From a virus: a DNA stretch of 42,903 bases. Under the pieces are notes generated by a model. That model did not search any database. It was not told the origin of the DNA and saw nothing but the letters and a program-made list of their open reading frames with translations. Positions 1 to 8,973 of the stretch are shown here, in pieces; the stretch's first letter is position 1; every line of letters begins with the position of its first letter. The stretch is taken from the IMG/VR virus record IMGVR_UViG_3300045988_034633; one strand, given 5' to 3'. Position numbers and translations under genes: made by a program.

Positions 1-119
1 ATCTCCCCTCCGGAGACGGACGAGTACCTTGTGCAGGTGCCCGGGTCGGATACGCTGCTCAACCTGACAAACGCACTGGACGGACGACCGCACTACAAAA
101 AGCGCACCATCACCATGGA
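1..119. repeat. Terminal overlap, copy 1 (identical to 42785-42903)
   Basis: Base-by-base comparison of atctcccctccggagacgg...caccatgga at both ends. It lies inside a CDS. Confidence 0.95.
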
Positions 120-657
120 GCTGCTGTGCACCGCACCGAAAAAGCAGTGGCCGGCCATCTACAGCGAGCTTGCCAACGCCATCCACGGCAAGTGGCTGCA
201 GTGCAAGTTTGACGATGACCCGAGTTTTTACTGGGAGGGGCTGTGGTCGGTAAACATGGATAAAGACCGGCTGTCCAGCACGGTCACGATCACCGGCACC
301 TGCAGCCCCTTCAAGCGCAGCGTTTACGACGGAACGGATGACTGGCTGTGGGACGACTTCAACTTTGAGACGGACACCGTGCGCAACTACACGGATCTCC
401 CGCTCAAGGCAAACGAAGACTACACCCTCACCGTCACCGGCGCACCCCGGGCAGCGGGCATCTACTTCAAGCGCAGCGAGGATACCGCTGACATCGCGGT
501 CTCCCTCAACGGCTTTGAGGTGGGAATCCTTGCCAAGTCCACCGAGTGGCAGTACATCGAAGGCCTGCACATGCCGGACGGCGTGGTGGGCACGCTGGTG
601 TTCGCCGCTTCGGCCGACTGCAGCATCAGCATCAAGTATCTGGGGGCCAGCTTATGA
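1..657 (+). CDS. Distal tail protein (Dit-like siphovirus tail family), 3' portion; the ORF starts at 42701 across the junction
   Basis: Position 1 is in phase with the ATG at 42701 (...KISPPETDEYLVQVPGSD...). It sits between the tape measure and Tal. The stop overlaps the next start (ATGA at 654-657). Confidence 0.75.
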   Translation: MSPPETDEYLVQVPGSDTLLNLTNALDGRPHYKKRTITMELLCTAPKKQWPAIYSELANAIHGKWLQCKFDDDPSFYWEGLWSVNMDKDRLSSTVTITGTCSPFKRSVYDGTDDWLWDDFNFETDTVRNYTDLPLKANEDYTLTVTGAPRAAGIYFKRSEDTADIAVSLNGFEVGILAKSTEWQYIEGLHMPDGVVGTLVFAASADCSISIKYLGASL

Positions 658-2312
658 GCTACAAGATCTATGCCGGCATCCAGACCGGCGTTGATACATG
701 GCAGACCAAGACCTGCATCTATGACCCGGCAGATTACTCCGAGACGAAAAAGCTCATCAGCCCCACCCTCACCCGGGAAGCGGGCAAGGCCGGGAGCCTT
801 GAGTTCACCATCCCGCTGGGCAATGTGGCGCACTCGGCGCTGCAGAAACTCCGCACCACCGTCTCGGTGGAGCAGGACGGCGAGGTCATCTGGGAAGGCC
901 GCCCCATGAGCCACGAGCAGGATTTTCTGCTCCGGCAGAAGGTCTACTGCGAGGGCGAGCTTGCCTATCTCAACGACAGCCAGCTTTCCCCGTACACCGC
1001 AAAGGGCGTGTCCATCGAAAACTTTCTCACCTTCCTGTGTGCGAACCACAACCAGCAGGTGGACGCATACAAGCGTTTCGCCTGCGGCAGCGTGAGCGCC
1101 GGCGAGCGCTATCTTGTGCCGGTGCAGGACGGCTGCTATTTCAAGCAGGGCGATTACAGCTACGATTCCGACGACAACCGCATCTATAAATGGGACCTCA
1201 TGTCCAGCGCCGGAAAGACGATGGTCGGCGCCTACTATGATGACGTCAAAGGGCAATCCGGAAAGCCGGACGCGCTGAGCTGGCCGGTCGGCGAAGATCA
1301 CTCCCACTCCGGCGGATATGAGGGCGGCATTGTCATCACCCGCACCGGGAACAACAAATTTTCGGTGCGGCTCAATGCCGTGTATTCCGCAGACGGAAAG
1401 ACCTTCCGCCCAAGCGTCTCCATCCAGACGGCTACCATCGAGAGCGCCCTGTGTACGATGAACTTCGGCACGCACGCGGCCTACTCCGTCACGGCGTCCA
1501 GTCTTTCTTCGCGGATCTCCATCCGGAAAAGCGGCAGCGGCTACACGGTGACGGTCAACGGCAGCGCTGACCCGAACTTTACCGTCCGGGAGTTCCCCGG
1601 CCTGTACGATTTCGGCGACGGCAAGAACTACGGCGGCACGTGGGACACCCTGCAGGATGAGCTGGTGGAAAAGTACGGCGGGTATCTGGTCGTGCGCCGC
1701 AGCAACGGCACCCGGTATCTGGACTATCTCAGCCAGATCACCGAAAAGAACCCTCAGCCTATCGTGTTCGGCACGAATCTGCTGGATCTGACCAGCTACG
1801 TCAAGGCCGAGGATATCGTCACCCGGGTCATTGCCGTGGGACGCAAAAAGAGCGGCTTTATGTTCTGGGAGCACGTGGACACCCTCACGGCCACTGCCAA
1901 CGACACGACGGCGCAAAAGCTGTTCGGCATCATCACCAAGGTGACCGTCATCGACGGCACCGAGAGCACGGCGCAGTCCCTGCAGGACGCAGCGGATGAA
2001 GAGCTGGCGAACAACCTGCGGTATCTGGACGGCATCACGGTGAAGGCCGTTGACCTGAAGGACGCCGGCATCGACATCGGCCGCATCGGCTTTTGCAGGA
2101 TGACACACATCTACTCCAATCCGCACGGGGTGGATACGTGGCTGCTGTGCTCCAAGCTGGTGGAACCGCTGGATGCGCCGGACAAGAAAGAATTTACACT
2201 GGGCGTCGAGTTTTCCAGCATCAGCGACCTGCAGGCGCTGAGCGCCCGGAAAGCCGGCGACGCCTACGACCTGAGCCGGACGCTCAAGGGCTATGTATCC
2301 GCAAAGGGGTGA
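654..2312 (+). CDS. Tail-associated protein (Tal / prophage tail endopeptidase-like)
   Basis: ATGA overlap with Dit. The N-terminus MSYKIYAG...SLEFTIP...GEVIWEGRP looks like the siphovirus Tal N-domain, and the position after Dit fits. Confidence 0.7.
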   Translation: MSYKIYAGIQTGVDTWQTKTCIYDPADYSETKKLISPTLTREAGKAGSLEFTIPLGNVAHSALQKLRTTVSVEQDGEVIWEGRPMSHEQDFLLRQKVYCEGELAYLNDSQLSPYTAKGVSIENFLTFLCANHNQQVDAYKRFACGSVSAGERYLVPVQDGCYFKQGDYSYDSDDNRIYKWDLMSSAGKTMVGAYYDDVKGQSGKPDALSWPVGEDHSHSGGYEGGIVITRTGNNKFSVRLNAVYSADGKTFRPSVSIQTATIESALCTMNFGTHAAYSVTASSLSSRISIRKSGSGYTVTVNGSADPNFTVREFPGLYDFGDGKNYGGTWDTLQDELVEKYGGYLVVRRSNGTRYLDYLSQITEKNPQPIVFGTNLLDLTSYVKAEDIVTRVIAVGRKKSGFMFWEHVDTLTATANDTTAQKLFGIITKVTVIDGTESTAQSLQDAADEELANNLRYLDGITVKAVDLKDAGIDIGRIGFCRMTHIYSNPHGVDTWLLCSKLVEPLDAPDKKEFTLGVEFSSISDLQALSARKAGDAYDLSRTLKGYVSAKG

Positions 2313-2316
2313 ACCG

Positions 2317-3144
2317 ATGGACAAAACATTTGACGAAGCCATTGCCGGCGTTCGCAAGGCAGAGCGCGGCGTGGAAGTCCGCGAGGACATCGCGCAGGGG
2401 ATGGAGTACGTCAAGCAGTACGCCGAGGAAGTGACAGGCCAGCAGCAGGCCGCTTTGCAGGCCGCTCAGACCGCCACCGGAGCAGCCAGCACCGCGACGG
2501 AAAAGGCCGCAGCAGCTGCAGAGAGCGAAAGAATGTCCAAGACTGCCGCCGCCAACGCGGGCAAAAGCGCACAGTCAGCGTCCGCAGACGCAAAGAGCGC
2601 GGGAAGTTCTGCCGCTTCTGCTGAAGAAAGCGCGAACAGGGCTGCGGCCATTGTGAGCACCGACAAGACGCTGAGCATTGAGGGCGCCCCGGCTGACGCA
2701 AAGGCCACCGGTGACGCGCTGGCCGAAAAAGTGGACAAGGATGTCATCCTCGACTCTGAGGGCAACGTGATTTTCTACAGCAAGAGCAAGGTGGACGCGC
2801 TTCTGAAGGCAATGCAAACCACGCTGCAGCAGCAGATCAGCGCGGCATCCGCGATCACCGCCAGCGGTAACGGTTATATCCGTTTCTCGGACGGCACGCA
2901 GATTTGCTGGAATACAGCGAAGCTGACCAACCGGAACACCTACCATGTTTTCGCGTTCCCCGTGCCGTTTGTCGATACTACTTATGCGGTTGCTGGCATG
3001 AAAACTGCATCAATCAGTGACACGAGTTCCAATGACTTTTACGTTAACAAAAAAACAACGGATAGAGTGGAAATCAAAGGTGCTTACAACCAATACAACA
3101 ATGACCCGTATAGTACCTTGATCGTAATCGGCCGCTGGAAATAA
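2317..3144 (+). CDS. Tail fibre / receptor-binding protein with a gp53-like C-terminal tip
   Basis: RBS aaaggggtga. The N-half is Ala/Ser-rich and helical. It carries an ADAKATGDA fibre motif and a C-terminal GNGYIRFSDGTQICW...FAFPVPF tip-like domain. Confidence 0.6.
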   Translation: MDKTFDEAIAGVRKAERGVEVREDIAQGMEYVKQYAEEVTGQQQAALQAAQTATGAASTATEKAAAAAESERMSKTAAANAGKSAQSASADAKSAGSSAASAEESANRAAAIVSTDKTLSIEGAPADAKATGDALAEKVDKDVILDSEGNVIFYSKSKVDALLKAMQTTLQQQISAASAITASGNGYIRFSDGTQICWNTAKLTNRNTYHVFAFPVPFVDTTYAVAGMKTASISDTSSNDFYVNKKTTDRVEIKGAYNQYNNDPYSTLIVIGRWK

Positions 3145-3156
3145 GGAGGTGCCTAC

Positions 3157-3513
3157 ATGGATATTACACTCGGGTATACCATTGCAAAGCCCGTTATGAC
3201 GCAGGACGAGTGCGACGCCTACACCGCCATGGCGCAGGCCGTGACAGCCCACAATGCCGCCTGCGTGGTGGGTGACGCCCTGTGGACGATCAAGGACGGC
3301 GCAGACTGTTACACCGTGGTCGAGGACGGCACAGTGCGTGAGCCGACTGCCGAAGAGCTGGCCGTGCAGGAGGAAGAGCACAAAAAGGCCGAAGCCCGGA
3401 AGAAGTTGCCGGAAACGGTGGCGGCGCTGCAGGAAGATAGCAAGACGCTGAAAAAAGAAAACGAGATGCTCAAACAATGCTTGCTTGAAATGAGCGAGAT
3501 TGTGTATGCATAA
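3157..3513 (+). CDS. Hypothetical protein (C-terminal coiled coil)
   Basis: Strong RBS aaggaggtg. Compact spacing within the tail/lysis operon. Confidence 0.55.
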   Translation: MDITLGYTIAKPVMTQDECDAYTAMAQAVTAHNAACVVGDALWTIKDGADCYTVVEDGTVREPTAEELAVQEEEHKKAEARKKLPETVAALQEDSKTLKKENEMLKQCLLEMSEIVYA

Positions 3514-3544
3514 AATCACACAAAAAATCGAAAGGATGGTATTT

Positions 3545-3691
3545 ATGATGGCGATGTTGTGGGCACAGGAAATTATGTCTGCTGAGACTATGGAGGATGC
3601 AAAGGCGCTGTACGAGCGCTGCCCCCGCCTGCTGAAGGAGAAGGTGAAGGCGATTCTTATCAAGAGCGGCTTTGAAGAGATCACGCAGTAA
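3545..3691 (+). CDS. Small XkdX-like protein (start uncertain: 3536, 3545 or 3548)
   Basis: RBS gaaagga upstream. The C-terminus ...LKEKVKAILIKSGFEEI resembles small XkdX-type proteins that precede lysis genes. Confidence 0.4.
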   Translation: MMAMLWAQEIMSAETMEDAKALYERCPRLLKEKVKAILIKSGFEEITQ

Positions 3692-3701
3692 GGAGGACAC
3701 T

Positions 3702-4379
3702 ATGGCTGAAATCATGGATGTGTCCCGGCATCAGGGCGCAATCAACTGGGAGAAGGTCAAGGCAAGCGGCAAGGTGGACGGCGTAATGATTCGCGCCATG
3801 GGCAACAGCGCAGCGGGCAAGCCCAGTGCCTCCTACACTGACCCGCAGTTTGCCCGCAACTACGCAGAATGCAAGCGTCTGGGCATCCCCTGCGGCGTGT
3901 ATGGCTACTTCAAGGCAGTCAACCGGGAGCAGGCCGACAAGGAGCTGGCCTATTTCAAGAAGTTGCTCACCGGCCGGAGCTTTGAGCTGCCGGTGGCGGT
4001 GGACGTTGAGGACGAGGTGCAACAGCCGCTGGGCAAGGCCGCGCTGACCGACCTGACAGCTTACATGCTGAGCACGGTGGAAAGCTGGGGCGTGTACGCT
4101 CTGCTGTACACCGGTCTGTGGTTCGGCAACACTTTCCTGTACATGGGCGGCGCGGCACTGAAGCCATACGACGTGTGGCTGGCGAGATACCCCAAAGACC
4201 AGCGCAAGACCAAGCCTGAGGATAAGCCCAAAACGGCGTTTGCCTTTGGCATGTGGCAGTACACCAGCACTGCCCGCGTGCCCGGCGTGAGCACCAATGT
4301 TGACATGAGCCACGCATACAAGGATTATGCGGGCATCATCAGCAAGAAGGGTCTGACCCGTCTCCGGGAGGGCAAATGA
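3702..4379 (+). CDS. Endolysin, GH25 muramidase-like
   Basis: RBS aggagga. MDVSRHQG.INWEKVKASGVDGVMIR...PCGVYGY...AVDVED pattern typical of GH25 lysozymes. Confidence 0.85.
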   Translation: MAEIMDVSRHQGAINWEKVKASGKVDGVMIRAMGNSAAGKPSASYTDPQFARNYAECKRLGIPCGVYGYFKAVNREQADKELAYFKKLLTGRSFELPVAVDVEDEVQQPLGKAALTDLTAYMLSTVESWGVYALLYTGLWFGNTFLYMGGAALKPYDVWLARYPKDQRKTKPEDKPKTAFAFGMWQYTSTARVPGVSTNVDMSHAYKDYAGIISKKGLTRLREGK

Positions 4380-4765
4380 CCGAAAAAGAAGCTTTACTGT
4401 GGGTGCTTGGCATCTTGGGTAGCCTGTGCGCTGCAGCCATCACCATCGACAAGGTGCTGGACATCATCCACAAGTACATCAAAAAGGCAAAAGCCCCTGA
4501 CGATGCGCAGAACAAACGCATTGACGCCATTGAAAAGCGACTGGATGCGGTAGAAGCCGTTTCCACGCAGCACGCCGCGGCCCTTAGACGCGACATGGCG
4601 CGATTTGGCGGCATCGATGAAGAAATTCGTCTCGTCCTTGTTGGCGTGCAGAATCTTCTGGATGCGCAACTATCCGGCAACAATCGCGAAGGTATGCAAA
4701 AAAGCAAATCCGATATCAACAACTACCTGCTGAAAGGAGTAACAAATCATGGAAACAATGTTTAA
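4376..4765 (+). CDS. Membrane protein with one N-terminal TM segment and a coiled coil (holin-associated?)
   Basis: ATGA overlap with the endolysin stop. Hydrophobic LLWVLGILGSLCAAAITI segment. Confidence 0.5.
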   Translation: MTEKEALLWVLGILGSLCAAAITIDKVLDIIHKYIKKAKAPDDAQNKRIDAIEKRLDAVEAVSTQHAAALRRDMARFGGIDEEIRLVLVGVQNLLDAQLSGNNREGMQKSKSDINNYLLKGVTNHGNNV

Positions 4766-5084
4766 CTTTATCCCCGCACCCATCGCACTGGTACTGATGC
4801 TCATCGGCTTTGCCGCGCTGGCCGTAGGTGCCATCCGGCTGGGGTACAAACAGTACGTCAAGGAATGGGCGGTGGAACTCGTGACCATCGCTGAGGACAG
4901 CATCATGGGCAGCGGTCAGGGTGCAAAGAAAAAGGCACAGGTCTTTGCCGCGCTGCGCGGCGCACTGCCGGACTGGCTGAAGCCTTTTATCACCGATGAA
5001 GTGCTGGACAGCGTGATTGAAAGGGCTGTCAGCATGATGAAAAAGGCACTGGCAGAAAAGAAGCCTACCATCAACAAGGAGTAA
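4749..5084 (+). CDS. Holin, LL-H-like
   Basis: RBS gaaaggag. N-terminal TM segment (IPAPIALVLMLIGFAALAVGAI) followed by an amphipathic tail, as in LL-H family holins. Confidence 0.6.
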   Translation: METMFNFIPAPIALVLMLIGFAALAVGAIRLGYKQYVKEWAVELVTIAEDSIMGSGQGAKKKAQVFAALRGALPDWLKPFITDEVLDSVIERAVSMMKKALAEKKPTINKE

Positions 5085-5087
5085 AGC

Positions 5088-6869
5088 ATGATTGAGCAAA
5101 GCGTATCTCTCGCATCCAATGGCGTCGTCAAAGTGCCGGGCTATGAGCAGCTGGTGCGCTTTGGCTACACCAAGAACCGGGGCGTGTACCGCCTTGCCGT
5201 CACCGCCACCGGCGAGTGGGCAGGGCTGGCTATCCGCTGCTTCTGGCACGTGCCGAACGGCAAAGACCCGGCATCCTCGCTGGTGGTAGACGGCTATGTG
5301 GACGTGCCCGCCAGCGTGACCGCCCAGCCCGGCAATGGGTGCATCACCTTTGAGGGCAGCGACGGCACAAAGACTGTGACCAGCGCAGATCTGCGGTATC
5401 GTGTCAGCGCCAACAGCGGCACGGAGGATGGCACCACGCCGGAACCGGGCACCCCTGCATGGCAGCAGCTGGTGGATGCCGTGCACACCGATGCCACCGC
5501 CGCAGAGCAGGCCAAGACCGATGCACAGACGGCAGCCAGTGAAGCCGCCACCAGTGCGGGCAGTGCAGACCAGAGCGCTCAGGAAGCCGCTGACAGCCTG
5601 CAGGAGCTGAAGGACGGCATCGAAAGCGGGAACTTCAAAGGTGAGAAAGGTGACAAGGGCGACACTGGCCCCATCGGGCCGGTTGGCCCGCAGGGTGAGC
5701 AAGGCCCTAAAGGCCCCACTGGTGCTACCGGAGCCACCGGCCCACAGGGCGAGACTGGGCCGCAAGGCAAGCAGGGTCCTCAGGGCATTCAGGGCGAGCG
5801 TGGCCCGCAGGGTACACAGGGGCCGCAGGGCGAAAAGGGTAATACCGGCCCGCAAGGCCCTAAAGGCGAGACCGGCCCTGCCGTAGCACTGGACACCTCC
5901 CTCACCCACGAGGGCGAAGCTGCTGACGCAAAAGCCACAGGTGACGCTATCAGCGCAGTCAAGGCACGGCAGAACGTCCTTGTTGGCACTGAGACGGGCA
6001 ACCCGCTCAGCGTTGACGACGCTTTCGCTGCACCGTTGTGCGGCCTGACCGTGTACGGTCGGAGCACGCAGTCCGGGACCCCCACGCCGGATGCACCCGT
6101 GCCTATCGTGAGCGCAGGGGATAGTGGGAACGTTGTGGTGAAAGTGACGGGGAAGAACCTGCTGAATCCAGCCCTGTTCCAAGACAATAAATATCAAAAT
6201 TTTGATGTCAGTAACAACTATTATGAAATTGCACCTATTGATTCGTATTGGATAACAGGCATTCAACCGTGCTTACCAAATACAACCTATCACTTTAATA
6301 AAAACACGGAAGGTGGTTGTTTTTATGATAAAAAGAAGAATGTAATCGGTATTGCCGGATTTGAGTATACAGTTAAAACGCCAGTGAAATGTGCGTATTA
6401 CTGTGTCAATTTTTCAAAATCGGCAGTGCCCTATGGCTCGCCAGTCATTGCAACAGTGAGTGAACCTGCCACCTACTCCCCCTACCGTGAGCAGCTCCTC
6501 ACGCTCCCCACTCCCACTGGTCTCCCCGGCATCCCTGTCACCTCTGGCGGCACCTACACTGACCAAAGCGGCCAGCAGTGGGTGTGCGACGAGGTGGACT
6601 TAGAAAGGGGGATACGGGTGCAGAGGGTGGATAAAGCGGCTTTCGACAGCACCAAGCCGTTGGCTGAGCAGAATGCAATACTCGCCACCCCCATCGAAAC
6701 CCCACTCACCCCTGCCGAAATCGCCGCCTACAAGGCCCTCACCACTTACGGCCCTGACACGGTGGTGCAGGCTGGTGACGGTGCGGGGTTGAAACTGGAC
6801 TATCAAAGAGACGTTAACATCGTTATCAAAAATCTTGAGGACGCAGTAGCGTCCATGACAACGACCTAA
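5088..6869 (+). CDS. Collagen-like repeat tail fibre protein
   Basis: RBS aaggag. 27 uninterrupted G-X-Y triplets, an ADAKATGDA motif, and a C-terminal beta-rich domain encoded by a lower-GC segment. Confidence 0.75.
   Translation: MIEQSVSLASNGVVKVPGYEQLVRFGYTKNRGVYRLAVTATGEWAGLAIRCFWHVPNGKDPASSLVVDGYVDVPASVTAQPGNGCITFEGSDGTKTVTSADLRYRVSANSGTEDGTTPEPGTPAWQQLVDAVHTDATAAEQAKTDAQTAASEAATSAGSADQSAQEAADSLQELKDGIESGNFKGEKGDKGDTGPIGPVGPQGEQGPKGPTGATGATGPQGETGPQGKQGPQGIQGERGPQGTQGPQGEKGNTGPQGPKGETGPAVALDTSLTHEGEAADAKATGDAISAVKARQNVLVGTETGNPLSVDDAFAAPLCGLTVYGRSTQSGTPTPDAPVPIVSAGDSGNVVVKVTGKNLLNPALFQDNKYQNFDVSNNYYEIAPIDSYWITGIQPCLPNTTYHFNKNTEGGCFYDKKKNVIGIAGFEYTVKTPVKCAYYCVNFSKSAVPYGSPVIATVSEPATYSPYREQLLTLPTPTGLPGIPVTSGGTYTDQSGQQWVCDEVDLERGIRVQRVDKAAFDSTKPLAEQNAILATPIETPLTPAEIAAYKALTTYGPDTVVQAGDGAGLKLDYQRDVNIVIKNLEDAVASMTTT
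5640..5882 (+). repeat. Collagen G-X-Y triplet region (coding)
   Basis: [26 protein letters not shown]...GETGPA in the ORF-track protein. Confidence 0.9.
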
Positions 6870-6882
6870 AGGAGGACTGACT

Positions 6883-7107
6883 ATGGCTGTCAAATCCAAA
6901 GCCAGGCACGACCTGACCCTGCGCTCCATCAAGCGGGAAATCGCCGTTGGCCACGATGTGGCCTATTGGCTGGATAAGGCGTATACCCATCTGGACAACG
7001 GCCTTTTGACCGAGGACGACATCGCGGAGGTGGAGCAACTGGCGCAGGCGTACTACGATGCGCTGGACGCAGAGGACAAGGCAGACGCTGAGGAAATCAC
7101 ACTGTAA
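6883..7107 (+). CDS. Hypothetical acidic protein
   Basis: RBS aaaggagga. 74-aa ORF. Confidence 0.5.
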   Translation: MAVKSKARHDLTLRSIKREIAVGHDVAYWLDKAYTHLDNGLLTEDDIAEVEQLAQAYYDALDAEDKADAEEITL

Positions 7108-7117
7108 GGAGGATATC

Positions 7118-7336
7118 ATGGCAAGCACTACATACGAGCATTTTGTTGACACCAACAAAATGTACGCCGCACAAGAGCAATTTCGTGAGGTCACGAAAAT
7201 GGTGACAAAACGTCACCGGTTTGCCGTGCTTGGCAATATGGTTCGCAACGCCGGACAGCTGCCGCAGCCTTTCTGGCTCGGTGCTGCCTGTGGCGGCGGC
7301 TCGTGTAGTGCTGCCAGCTGCGCTGCAAGGACTTGA
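7118..7336 (+). CDS. N-terminal part of a possibly frameshifted sigma/ArpU-like regulator
   Basis: RBS aaggagga then ATG at 7118. The C-terminal tail of this frame is low-complexity (GAACGGGSCSAASCAART). The overlapping frame continues into an HTH. Confidence 0.4.
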   Translation: MASTTYEHFVDTNKMYAAQEQFREVTKMVTKRHRFAVLGNMVRNAGQLPQPFWLGAACGGGSCSAASCAART

Positions 7337-7517
7337 CCGACAGCAGATGACCGCCGCCATCAAAAGCGCACCGCTTGGGAGGGTAGACCGTAAGATAGCT
7401 CTTTTGCGGTACGTTGAGCGGCTTCCGCTGCCGGACATTGCAGCACAAACACATTATAGCCGGACGGCGATTGGCTACCGGCTAAAAAGCATTGACAAAA
7501 TGCTGGATGTGTTGTAA
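7221..7517 (+). CDS. Sigma-70 region-4-like HTH segment (true start unclear; an ATG at 7347 is possible)
   Basis: ...ALQGLDRQQMTAAIKS..RKIALLRYVERLPLPDIAAQTHYSRTAIGYRLKSIDKML resembles phage ArpU/RinA/sigma r4 HTH. There is no convincing RBS. Confidence 0.45.
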   Translation: MPCLAIWFATPDSCRSLSGSVLPVAAARVVLPAALQGLDRQQMTAAIKSAPLGRVDRKIALLRYVERLPLPDIAAQTHYSRTAIGYRLKSIDKMLDVL

Positions 7518-7702
7518 AATAATACCAACAAAATCCACCCGGCCTCTCGAAGAAGCGCATTAGGGTGGATATCTGAACCCGTCAAGCCTCTCAACGATGC
7601 GTATCATGGCGGGTCTTTTAAGACGATGCAGTCTCTCGCCCGCCTACTTGCAGTGCGTACCATGCGGGAGACGTAATTTTGCCACTTCGGTGGCATAATA
7701 AA

Positions 7703-7740
7703 CCCCCGATGTTCCGTTTGGAGCATCGGGGGTTTCTTTA
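7703..7740. terminator. Bidirectional rho-independent terminator
   Basis: cccccgatg (7703-7711) pairs with catcggggg (7724-7732) and the stem can extend inward. T-runs follow on both strands. Confidence 0.75.
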
Positions 7741-8037
7741 TGCCAGTGCCAGCGCCTCCTTTATCGTCTTGCAGCGGCAGGACACACTGTGCATGAACCG
7801 GCTCGCTTCTTCGTAGGTGACAAAGCGAACGGTGGCGTCTGCACCGAGTTCACCTTTTTCCCGCAGGGCCACAGAGTATACCCTGCCTTCGGGGAAGTCA
7901 CTGTTGACTATTGGCTTCCTGTTCGGCATCATCGGAGACGGAATGGAGGTGAGCTCTCCGCTGAGGCTGGTGCAAAATTCGTCGTAATGGCTCATGCCAT
8001 CTTCCGTGATGAGATAGGGTTTTTTAATTTTATCCAT
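7738..8037 (-). CDS. Hypothetical protein (moron-like, opposite strand)
   Basis: 99-aa ORF ending at the bidirectional terminator. RBS aaggaagg upstream on the minus strand. Confidence 0.5.
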   Translation of the reverse strand: MDKIKKPYLITEDGMSHYDEFCTSLSGELTSIPSPMMPNRKPIVNSDFPEGRVYSVALREKGELGADATVRFVTYEEASRFMHSVSCRCKTIKEALALA

Positions 8038-8153
8038 AATGTAAACCTTCCTTTCGGTTATATATAGCCCACGGATTTCATCCGGTTAAAGCTATAGCAT
8101 ATTATAATAATCAGCCAGCTTTTTGTTTCCCTTGCTGTGATTAAAGTATAGCA

Positions 8154-8176
8154 CTATTTACAGTGTATGTAAATAG
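8154..8176. promoter_or_regulatory. 9-bp perfect inverted repeat (candidate operator)
   Basis: ctatttaca-gtgta-tgtaaatag in the divergent intergenic region. Confidence 0.4.
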
Positions 8177-8221
8177 GCATTTTCGACAATGTTTATAGTG
8201 CCATCTTGTGCACATTTGGAA

Positions 8222-8250
8222 TTGTAAACAGTGCTGTTTTTTGCTATACT
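8222..8250 (+). promoter_or_regulatory. Sigma-70-type promoter (TTGTAA-17-TATACT)
   Basis: Hexamers read directly with 17-nt spacing, about 28 nt upstream of the ATG at 8278. Confidence 0.55.
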
Positions 8251-8277
8251 AAGGCAAATGAAACGGGAGGTATTTTT

Positions 8278-8463
8278 ATGATTTCTGAAAAGAAAAAGGC
8301 ATCCAATGCCAAATGGGACAAAGAAAATATGACAAGCTTGGCCTGCCGCGTAAAAAAGGACTACGCGGAAAAGTTTAAGGCAGCGTGTGCAGAGGCCGAG
8401 ACGACCCCAAATGCCGTATTAAAGCAGGCAGTCGAAGAATTTTTGCAGGCGCATACAAAATAA
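8278..8463 (+). CDS. Ribbon-helix-helix (Arc/CopG-like) DNA-binding protein
   Basis: RBS gggagg. ...NMTSLACRVKKDYAEKFKAACAEAETTPNAVLKQAVEEFL fits a strand-helix-helix pattern. Confidence 0.5.
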   Translation: MISEKKKASNAKWDKENMTSLACRVKKDYAEKFKAACAEAETTPNAVLKQAVEEFLQAHTK

Positions 8464-8475
8464 CAGCTCAACCCC

Positions 8476-8518
8476 AAGCGCTCATGCGGATTTTTCCGTG
8501 TGGGCGCTTTTCTTTTTT
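8476..8518 (+). terminator. Rho-independent terminator (probable)
   Basis: aagcgc...gcgctt stem followed by ttcttttttg. Confidence 0.45.
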
Positions 8519-8592
8519 GTCCTTCGTTGTACATTCGTTGTCTCTCCCGCCGGGCGGCTCTGCTACACTGGGCGCAAAGGAGGGTGAGCGCC

Positions 8593-8970
8593 ATGTGGCA
8601 CAAGTTCAACCCGAACCCACACGGGAGCAGCGTCGGAGACTGTGCTGTGCGGGCGGTAGCAGCGGCCACCGGCCAGAGCTGGGAGCAAGCGTATATTGCG
8701 CTTGCGCTCACTGGTTACGCCCTCGGCGACATGCCCAGTGCCAACCGCACATGGGGAGTATACCTCCAAAAGCGGGGTTACAAGCGCCGCATGGTAGAAG
8801 CAGACTGCACCACCTGTTACACCGTGGCAGATTTTGCCCGGGAGTACCCGCGCGGCGTGTATGTACTGGGCTGCTCTGGCCACGTCCTGACCGTCATCGA
8901 CGGCAAGTGGTGGGACAGCTGGGACAGTGGCGCAGAATGCCCGATTTACTACTGGTATAAGGAGGAGTAA
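8593..8970 (+). CDS. Hypothetical protein with a possible papain-like Cys/His arrangement
   Basis: RBS aaggaggg. VGDCAVRAV ... CSGHVLTVIDGKWWDSWD suggests a Cys...His dyad (inference only). Confidence 0.35.
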   Translation: MWHKFNPNPHGSSVGDCAVRAVAAATGQSWEQAYIALALTGYALGDMPSANRTWGVYLQKRGYKRRMVEADCTTCYTVADFAREYPRGVYVLGCSGHVLTVIDGKWWDSWDSGAECPIYYWYKEE

Positions 8971-8973
8971 ACG

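Noticed and set aside
1-119. A physical direct terminal repeat or cos-type end
   Set aside because: The repeat lies in-frame inside the Dit-like CDS, so a true terminus here would split a tail gene. An assembly overlap of a circular or permuted genome is the simpler reading.
462-2414. 650-aa minus-strand ORF, and similar long antisense ORFs (4716-6266, 9684-10514, 19267-20340, 25733-26383, 31665-33080, 35637-36446, 36317-37546)
   Set aside because: They lie exactly opposite well-supported + strand genes with RBSs and recognisable families. Their translations are Arg/Ala/Gly/His-rich shadows typical of high-GC antisense frames. None has an RBS.
7518-7702. A 185-bp non-coding stretch with hairpins (7533-7570 and 7681-7694), considered as a possible small RNA or alternative att site
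   Set aside because: The stems are short or have long loops, and I found no promoter-like hexamers. The integrase-proximal tRNA fragment at 11848-11897 is a much better attP.
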